Source: Chiloscyllium plagiosum (lineage: Eukaryota). From it: a stretch of DNA of 20,000 nt. Numbering within the stretch: position 1 is the first letter of the stretch; every line of letters begins with the position of its first letter. The notes below the pieces were generated by a model. The model was not told the DNA's origin. It saw nothing but the letters and a program-made list of their open reading frames with translations, and made no database searches. A program made the position numbers and the translations under genes. Below are positions 12,633 to 20,000 of the stretch, in pieces. Location: NCBI RefSeq assembly GCF_004010195.1, contig NC_057718.1, forward strand, positions 92,267,388-92,287,387, written 5' to 3'.

Positions 12633-12840
12633 ACAAAGAACTGTGGATGCTGGAAATCAGAAACAAAAACAGAAATTGCTGGGAAATCTCAGCTGGTCTG
12701 GCAGCATCTGTGGAGAGAAAGCAGAATTAAAGCTTTAGGTCCAGTAACTTGAGGAAGAGGAAGAGTCTAGGGATGGGTCACTGGACCTCAAACATTATCT
12801 CTGCTTTCTCTCCACAGATGCTAAACGGGCAATTCTGTTT
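12633..12840. mobile_element. Fold-back (palindromic) short element related to the 15075-15199 element; Penelope-type terminal-repeat derivative with a decayed hammerhead motif
   Basis: Perfect 23-bp inverted repeat at 12703-12725 / 12800-12822, inner 11/12 inverted repeat at 12737-12748 / 12777-12788, and outer aaacagaaattgc / gcaattctgttt. Its 5' end (ctgtggatgctggaaa) matches ctgcagatgctggaaa at 15088. Confidence 0.7.
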
Positions 12841-13151
12841 GGGTTATCTTGCAAATTTATTCATGGCGCTTACAACATATTTTGTTCAATTCATTTAGTT
12901 TGTTTATTACCTTAGTAGTATGGGAAAGATAATAGGAGTTACACCTTCAAATATTTACATGACTGTGTTTTGATATGGCCTTTCTATAGAAAAAATGTTT
13001 GTCTTACCAGGCAAAATTCAATTCAAAATGAAAGTGGACTCTGCCATATATAGAACTGTTCACCTCATGAGTGAGTGCCAATTATTTGGGACTTAGTGCC
13101 TTAAGTGCTTGGATTGTTCTCCCAGCTTTTTCCTTTACTATTCCTTATAAG

Positions 13152-13211
13152 GGATTTGGTGGTGCAGTGGGAATATCATTTGGCTAGTAATCCAGCAGCC
13201 CAGGCTAATGT
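13152..13211 (+). mobile_element. 5' head fragment of a tRNA-derived SINE (SacSINE1/Deu-SINE-like)
   Basis: A box-like tggtgcagtgg followed by ctagtaatccagcagcccaggctaatg; truncated where the Gypsy sequence begins. The family name is from recall. Confidence 0.45.
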
Positions 13212-14086
13212 GTAGATGAGAACTTAGCAAAATCCAAAAAAAAAATCCAACCTTCAAGAAGCTAGATGCAACAGTGGTTTTTTAATAACTATCCATTGAT
13301 GAAGAACTTCATTTGTTCACAACCTCCTTTTATAACCTTTTGTTTGACTGCCGTAATGCATCACATCAGTCCCAGCAAATTTCCAGGGACAACATCAATC
13401 CTAGGGGAACTGGATGAAGTCATTTTTCATGAGGATGAAGTCTTGATGCAAGCATCCACTCACAATCAATATGACACCAGAGTGCAAGCTGGGCTGCAAT
13501 GCCTAGCGGAAGCATGACTTTACTTAACAAGAAATGTCAATTCTCACACATGACTATCTGAATGCTTGGGGGTTTTACAGATGCATCCGGCATAGAAGTC
13601 AAGAGCAATGAAGAGATTTACAGCTCCACGGTATGGAACTGAGCTTTAGATATCTTGTGTATGGTAAATCAATTTGTAAGTGTGCTGCCCAACCTAGCTG
13701 CTATCAATAAGCCATTATATAACCCATAAAAGAGATCTTTTGAGAATATCAGAGAGATGTGGATATGAGTTGATATATGAGCTCACCATGATCCAGAGGT
13801 ACTCATTCTCATTATTGCAGATTTACTTTCTACAGGATTGGGATCTGTATGCTCTCAGATACTGAAAGATGGAAAATGCAGACAGGTTTGCTACACATCC
13901 CATTCACTGCCAGAGACTCAACACAAATCTGCAGTGATAGAGAAAGAAGAATTAGATGATACATGGGCTTGTAAAAAGTTTGCAGATTATGTTCTTGGTC
14001 TTCATTTCAAGACAGAGATAGATGATAAACCTTTAGTGACACACAGGAATTCTGAGGAATTAGTGAAAATGCTTCGACAAGTACAA
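13212..14086 (+). mobile_element. Ty3/Gypsy LTR-retrotransposon pol fragment (RT and RNase H), pseudogenised
   Basis: VDENLAK...FKKLDA.SGF**LSIDEE...FIT (LDxxxGFWQ and TFITP motifs); ILGELDEVIFHEDEVLM (YxDD region decayed); RNase H region GLGSVCSQ..DGKCRQVCYTSHSLPETQHKSAVIEKE...WACKKFADYVLGLHFKTEIDDKPLV. Confidence 0.9.
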
Positions 14087-15074
14087 AAGGTTAAGGACAA
14101 TCCAAAGAGATTCTACAAGAACATTAAAAGCAAAAGAGCAACTAGAGAGAGAAAGTAGGGCGCCTTCAAGATCAATGAGGTCATCTTGGTGTTGAACCTC
14201 AAGGGGATGGGAGAGATATTAAATAAATATTTCCTGTTGGTTTTTACTGTGGAGAAGGAAATGGTGGGTAGAGAACTCCAGTCATTGATGTTTTGAAAAC
14301 AATACACATTACAGAAGAGAAAGAGCTGGAGGCCTTAGTAAACATAAAGGTGAAAAAAATCACTGGGATCCAATCAAGTGTATTTGAAGACATTGTGAGA
14401 AGTTAGTGAGAAAAGTGCGGAGTCCCTTGCAGAAATATTTGTATCATCTATAACCACGGGTGAGGTACCAGAGGACTGGAGGGTAGCTAAAGTTGTGCCT
14501 TTACTTAAGAAAGGTTATAAAGAGAACCTGGGAATTGTAGACCCATGAGTCTGACATCTGTATTATTAAGTTGTTGGAGGTGATTCTGAAAGATAGGAGT
14601 TACATGCATTTGGAGAGGCAAAGAATGATTAAGGGTAGTCAGCATGGTTTTGTGTGAAGTAAATTGTCTCACAAACTTGACTGAGTTTTTTTAAGGAAGG
14701 AACCAAAAAGATTGGTGAGGGCAGAATGGTAGATGTTGTTTACTAGGACTTTGGTAAAGCCTTTGATAAGGTTCTGCATGGTAGTGGTGGTGGAGGCCTG
14801 TGACCCAACAGTGTTCCACAGAAAACAGTACTGGGTTCACCTTTGTTTGTCATGTATATAAATGATGTGAATGAGAATAAAGGAGGCATGGTTTGTAAGT
14901 TTGCGGATTACACCAAAATTGGTGGCATAGTGGACAGTGAAAAAGGTTACCTAAGATTTCAAATAGATCTTGATAAATTGGGTCATTGGGCTAAGGAGTG
15001 GCAGATTGATTTTTAATTGGGTAAGTGCAAGATATTGCATTTTTGTAAACAAACAAGGGCAGGACTTATACAAG

Positions 15075-15199
15075 GTAAAGACAATGACTGCAGATGCTGG
15101 AAACTAGATTCTGGATCAATGGTGCTGGAAGAGCACAGCAATTCAGGCAGCATTCGAGGAGCTTCAGCAAAATCGACGTTTCGGGCAAAAGCCCTTCAT
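15075..15199 (-). mobile_element. Short Penelope-type (hammerhead-bearing) retroelement insertion with 15-bp target-site duplication
   Basis: Flanked by identical caggacttatacaag at 15060-15074 and 15200-15214. The internal sequence is not CR1 and retains CpGs. Confidence 0.8.
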
Positions 15200-15207
15200 C
15201 AGGACTT
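15170..15207 (-). ncRNA. Minimal type I hammerhead ribozyme motif
   Basis: Minus strand 5'-AAGUC CUGAUGA A GGGC UUUU GCCC GAAA CGUC GAUUU-3'. Intact CUGAUGA and GAAA core, 4-bp stem II with a UUUU loop, palindromic loop-less stem III (ACGU), GUC cleavage triplet and a 5-bp stem I (AAGUC/GAUUU). Confidence 0.8.
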
Positions 15208-15248
15208 ATACAAGACCTAGCGGTTTAGGTACATAATTCTTTGACATT

Positions 15249-16968
15249 AGGCAGCTATGTGTGGAGCCGCAGGAAATGGGGGAGATGCTAAACGAGTACT
15301 TGCATCAATGTTTACTGTGGAGAAGGACATGGAAGATATGGAATGTGGGGAAATAGATGGTAACATCTTTAAAAAAATCCATATTACCGAGGAGGAGGTA
15401 CTTGATGTCTTGAAACGCATAAAAGTGGATAACTCTCCTGGGCCAATCAGGTATACCCTAGAGCTCTGTGGGAAGTTAGGAAAGTGATTGCTCGGCCACT
15501 TGCTGAGATATTTGTATCATTGATAGTCACAGGTGAGGTGCTGGAAGACTGGAGGTTGGCTAATGTGGTGCCACTATTTTAGAAAGGTGGTAAGGACAAG
15601 CCAGGGAACTGTAGACCGATGAGCCTGACATCGGTGGTGGGCAAGTTGTTGGAGGGAATCATGAGGGACAGGATTTACATGTATTTGGAAAGACAAGGAC
15701 TGATTAGGGACAGTCAGCATGGCTTTGTGTGGGGGAAATCATGTCTCACAAACTTGACAGATTTTTGAGGAAATAACAAAGAGGATTGATGAGGGCAGAG
15801 TGGTAGATGTGATCTATATGGCCTTCAATAAGGTGTTTGACAAGGTTCCTCATGGGAGATTGGTTAGTAAGATTCGATCTCATGGAATACAGGGAGAACT
15901 AGCCCTTTGGATACATAACTGGCTCGAAGGTTGAAGACAGAGGGTGGTGGTGCACGGTTGTTTTTCAGCCTACAGACCTGTGACCAGTGGAGTGCCACAA
16001 GGATCAATGCCATTTATATAATTGATTTGAATGTAAACATAAGAGGTATAATTAGTAAGTTTGCAGATGACACCAAAATTGGAGGTGTAGTGGACAGTGA
16101 ACAAGGTTACCTCAGAATACAATGGGATCTTGATCAGATGGGCTAATGGGCTGAGGAGTGGCAGATGCAGTTTAATTTAGATAAATGCGAGATGCTGCAT
16201 TTTGGAAAAGCAAATCAGAGCAGAACTTCTACACTTAATGGTAAGGTCATAGAGAATGTTGCTGAACACAGAGACCTTGGAGTGCAGGATCATAGTTCCT
16301 TGAAAATAGAATCGCAGATAAATAGGATAGTGAAGAAGGCATTTGGTATGCTTTCCTTTATTGGTCAGATATTGAGTATAGGAGTTGGGAGGTCATATTA
16401 CAGCTGTACAGGACATTGGTTAGGCCACTTTTGGAATATTGCGTGAAAATCTGGTCTCCTTCCTATCGGAAGGATGTTATAAAACTTGAAAGGATTCAGA
16501 AAAGATTTGCCAGTGTTGGAGGATTTGAGCTATAAGGAGAGGCTGAATAGGTTGGGGCTGTTTTCCCTGGAGTGCCAGAGGCTGAGGATTGTCCTTATAG
16601 AGGTTTATAAAATCATGAGGGGCAGGGATAGGATAAATAGACAAGGTCTTTTCTCTGGGTTGGGGGAGTCCAGAACTGGAGGGCATAGGTTTAGGGTGAG
16701 AGTGGAAAGATATAAAAAGGACCTAAGGGGCAATATTTTCACACAGAAGGTGGTGCATGTATGGAATGAGCTGCCAGAGAAAATGGTGGAGGTTGGTACA
16801 ATTACAGCATTTGAAAGACATCTGGATGGGTATATGAATAGGAAGAGTTTGGAGGGATATGGGCAAAGTGCTGGCAAATGGGACTAGAATAGATTAGGAT
16901 ATCTGGTCAGCATGGAAGAGTTGGACTGAACAGTCTGTTACCGTGCTGTGCACCCCTATGACTCTATT
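15249..16968 (+). mobile_element. CR1/HER1-type LINE copy B (younger, 5'-truncated, RT to 3' tail) nested in copy A
   Basis: EMGEMLNEY/ASMFTVEK; GEVLEDWRLANVVPLF; SQHGF; FADDTKIGG at 16060-16086; LSYKERLNRLGLFSLE...WNELP; 3' tail ctatgactctatt. Copy A resumes after it. Confidence 0.95.
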
Positions 16969-16974
16969 ACTGTA

Positions 16975-17795
16975 TTTGCATCACAGGGTGGTTAAGAAGG
17001 CATTTAGCATGCTTTCCATCATTGCTCAGACCTTTGAGTATAGGAGTTTGGACATCATGCTGAGATTGTATATAGGAAGGATATTACAATCGGTTCTGCT
17101 CATTTCTTCAACATGGATTGACTTTAACGCAATTGAAGGATCTAGACTGTTATGTGTGGAACACGAACTTCCCTTACCTGTGTTGGCTATAATGCGATTC
17201 CGGCCCCATTTGTTTAAATGGCGGGGCTATTATGCGATTTTCTTATAATGCGAGATCTCTCGAGAACGGAACTATCATGTCATATCAGAACTGACTGTCT
17301 TAAAATGGAGAGGGTTCAGAAAAATTTGCTTGGATGTTGCCGAGAATGGTGGGCTTGCGTTATAAAAATAGGCTGGATGGCTGAAAGTTTTTTCACTGTA
17401 GTGTAGGGCATTGAGAGGTGACCTTGTAGAGGTTTATAAAATCATAGGGAGTATAAATAAGGTTAGCGATAAGGGTCTTTTACCTAAGGTGGGAGAGTTA
17501 AAAATTAGGGAGCATATTTTTAAGGTGAGAGGAGATAGATTTAAAAAGGTCATGAAGGGCAACTTTATTACATCGAGAGTGGTGAATATGTGGAATGAAC
17601 TGCCAGAGGAAATGGTGGATACAAGTACAGTTATAACTTTTAATAAACATTTGGAAAGTATGTGAATAGGAATGGTTTGGAGGAATATAGGCAAAATGCA
17701 GGCAGATGGGACTAAATTAGTTTGGGAACATGTTCAGTATAGACTGGTTGGACCAAAGAGTCTGATTTCATGCTGCATGATTCTGTCCCTATAAC
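16975..17795 (+). mobile_element. CR1/HER1-type LINE copy A, 3' part
   Basis: Resumes with RVVKKAFSML...FEYRS, then MERVQK, RGDLVEVYKII and WNELPEE, followed by the 3' UTR. It continues the sequence broken at ~15248 and is interrupted by the MITE at 17087-17297. Confidence 0.9.
17087..17297. mobile_element. Tc1/mariner (Tigger-like) MITE, 211 bp
   Basis: Imperfect TIRs caatcggttctg / cagaactgactg (10/12). TA on the left (17085-17086) and TC on the right (a mutated TA). Removing it restores the CR1 sequence ggaaggatatta-ttaaa. Confidence 0.75.
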
Positions 17796-17797
17796 TA

Positions 17798-17877
17798 TTT
17801 AGACTAAGGATAGTGAGATTTGATGCAAAATAGATTATATCCAAGTCAAGCAACAGATTACAGCAAATGTTTTGTCC
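17798..17877 (+). mobile_element. Continuation of the Gypsy RNase H fragment
   Basis: FRLRIVRFDAK / IDYIQVKQQITANVLS, matching RFRLRLMRF...YxPGKxxxxADALS, which normally follows the ..KMLRQVQ ending at 14086. Confidence 0.8.
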
Positions 17878-18336
17878 ATATCCATATTTCCAATGAAGAG
17901 TCACCCATGTCACCTATGTACCTTCAGAAGTTGTTCTTTTTCACTTTCTTTCCATTATCTGTGTGAAGGGCTATTTGTGGCTGGCAATGATTGACTTGGT
18001 GCATAACTAGACTTCAAATATGGTGCCAACACTGTTGAGTGCTTGAAACAGCATGCCATGATGCATACGTACTAATATGAACAGCAGAATTTTGTATGAG
18101 ACAACTCGCTGGAGCACATGGAGAGAAACCCTCCAGAGAACTCTCCGAAATTGACACGATCGACTTTTTTTGGGAAAATTCCAATGCGTTGAATCAGAGA
18201 TTTGGAGGGAAATGTAGTGTGAGGCATTATGTCTGGCTGTATCATATACTAATGAGGCAAATCATTTCAGATAGCACTGCAATTTCACATGATTTTACTC
18301 TCGCAGCCTCAAGACAAGATGAAGCCATAGTCAACA

Positions 18337-19813
18337 TTTTTTTATTCACTTGTGGGACGTGGACGTGACTGGCTGTGTCAGCATTTTTTTTGTCTGTCCC
18401 TAGTTGCCCTTGAGAAGGTGGTAGTGAGCTGCCTTCTTGCAGCCCACCTGATGTCATTGACCCACAATGCCCTTAGGGAAGGAATTCCAGATTTTGACCC
18501 AGAGACAGTGAAGGAATATTGATATATTTCCAAGTCGGGATGGTAAGTTGCTTGGAATGGAACTTTCAGATGGTGGTGCTCCCCCCATGTATCTGCTGCC
18601 CTTGTCCTTCTAGATGGAACTGACAGTGTTTCTGGAAGGTGCTATCTCAAGAGCTTTGGTGAATTTCTACAGTGCATCTTGTAGATAGTACGCACTGCTG
18701 TTACTCAGCATTGGTGGTGGAGAGAGTGAATGGTTGTGGATGTGGTGCCAATCAAGTGGGCTGCTTTATCCTGGATGGTGTCAAGCTTCTTGAGTGCTGT
18801 TGGAGCAGCATCATCTAGACTAGTGGGGAGTATTCCATCACTCTCCTGATTTGTACCTTGTACATTGCAGACAAGCTTTGGGGAGTCAGGAGGTGAAGTC
18901 ACTGACTGCAATATTCCTACATTCTGACCTGCTCTTATAGCCACTATGTTTATGAGTTCAGCTGAGTTTCTGGTCAATGGTAACTCCAAAGATGTTGATA
19001 GTAGAGTATTCAGTGATGGTAACACCATTGACTGTCAAGAGGTGATTAGATTCTTTCTTATCGGAGGTAGTCATTGCCTGGCATTTGTGTGGTGGGAACG
19101 TTACTTGCCGCTTGTCAGCCGAACACTGTTCAGATCTTGTTGTACAGATGCACAATCCATTATCTGAAATTCCAAAATCCAAAAGTTCCAAAATCTGAAG
19201 GCTTTTTTGTGAAGTTTTTTTTGTATAACAAGTTGTTCGACATTGAGAACAGGTGACCCAACTCCACAGTCACTCAACCCATGTCTCTCAGATGTCACAT
19301 GACACTGTGGCCCAGCACTGGCAGGCACCAATTGTGTCTCAGCACTTGTACTAGTCACACATGGGTTTGCTGTTCAGTAAGTTCTTTTTACTTCAGTGTG
19401 AAAATATCAGTTATTCTGAAATCCACAAAATTCCAAAATCCAAAAAACAACTGGCCCCAAGGATTTCGGATAAAGAATTGAAAGTGGACTGCTTCAGAAT
19501 CTGAAGAGTTGCGAATAGTGCTGAATATTGTGCAGTCATCGGTGAACATCCCCACTTCTGACATTATGATGGAAGGAAGCTCATTGATGGAACAGCTGAA
19601 GATAGTTGGGCCTGAGACACTAGCCTGAGGGACTCCTGCAGAGGTGTCCTGGAGCTGACATGATTGACCACCAACAACCACGACCATCTTCCTCTTTGCC
19701 AAGTAAGACCAACCAGTGCAGAGTTTGCCCCCAATACCCATTGATTCCAGTTGTGTCAGGGCTCCTTGATCCCACATTCGGTCAAATATAGCTTTGATGT
19801 CAAGGGCTGTGCC
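18337..19813 (-). mobile_element. CR1-clade LINE family 2: RT domain to 3' end, decayed
   Basis: TALDIKAIFDRMWDQGAL; AGVPQASVSGPTIFSCSINELP; MFTDDCTIF; INIFGVTIDQKL; LDTIQDKAAHLI; 3' end gtgaataaaaaa on the minus strand at 18337-18349. Confidence 0.92.
19145..19480. mobile_element. Tc1/mariner (Tigger-like) MITE inserted in the CR1; right end truncated
   Basis: TA then cagatgcacaatccattatctgaaat on the left. The right end atttcggataaagaattg is a 15/18 inverted match. Internal direct repeat aaattccaaaatccaaaa at ~19167 and ~19428. CR1 sequence resumes at tggactgcttcag. Confidence 0.75.
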
Positions 19814-20000
19814 TCATAGAGTCATAGAGATGTACAGCATGGAAACAGACCCTTCAGTCCAACCCGTCCATGCCGACCAGATATCCCAACCCAATCTAAT
19901 CCCACCAGCCAGCACCCTGCCCATATCCCTCCAAACCCTTCCTATTCATATACCCATCCAAATGCCTCTTAAATGTTGCAATTGTATCAGCCTCCACCAC
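19814..20000 (-). mobile_element. 3' end of a young CR1/HER1-type LINE (family 1), running off the window
   Basis: tcatagagtcatagagatgtacagcatggaaacagaccc, the same family as 6999 and 11450. It abuts the RT of family 2. Confidence 0.92.

Larger units (their letters stand above)
14087..15248 (+). mobile_element. CR1/HER1-type LINE copy A, 5' part (older, decayed)
   Basis: VKDNPKRFYKNIKSKR; GEVPEDWRVAKVVPLLKKG; SQHGF; DFGKAFDKV; FADYTK at 14900-14917. Many stops and frameshifts. Interrupted by the insertion at 15075-15199. Confidence 0.92.

Noticed and set aside
13838..14158. 106-aa ORF as a novel gene
   Set aside because: It is a chance in-frame chimera of decayed Gypsy RNase H and the start of the inserted CR1.
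18085..18183. Small MITE with cagaatttt / aaaattcc ends
   Set aside because: The inverted match is too short for AT-rich DNA and there is no TSD.
19388..19777. 129-aa RT-like ORF as a functional reverse transcriptase or retron-like system
   Set aside because: It is a fragment of a decayed LINE RT that reads into the MITE, and the flanks have stops and frameshifts.

Overview
This window is AT-rich, CpG-depleted eukaryotic non-coding DNA, almost certainly from a cartilaginous fish (shark), judged by an HE1/V-SINE-type SINE and many HER1/CR1-type LINE fragments. I find no intact host protein-coding gene. More than half of the window is fossil transposable elements: two CR1-clade LINE families, a decayed hAT (ZNF862-like) transposase, a Ty3/Gypsy pol fragment, tRNA-derived SINEs, two Tc1/mariner-Tigger-like MITEs and short Penelope-type elements. 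The most notable signal is a 125-bp insertion with a perfect 15-bp target-site duplication that carries a complete minimal type I hammerhead ribozyme (minus strand, 15170-15207); its stem I is supplied partly by the duplicated target DNA. A related fold-back element with a decayed hammerhead lies at 12.6-12.8 kb. From 13.2 to 17.9 kb the elements are nested: a Gypsy fragment contains a CR1, which in turn contains the hammerhead element, a second CR1 and a MITE. A non-repetitive, CpG-retaining stretch with a Pbx-Hox motif at about 9.2-9.6 kb is a candidate regulatory element. Family names come from motif recognition, not database searches.
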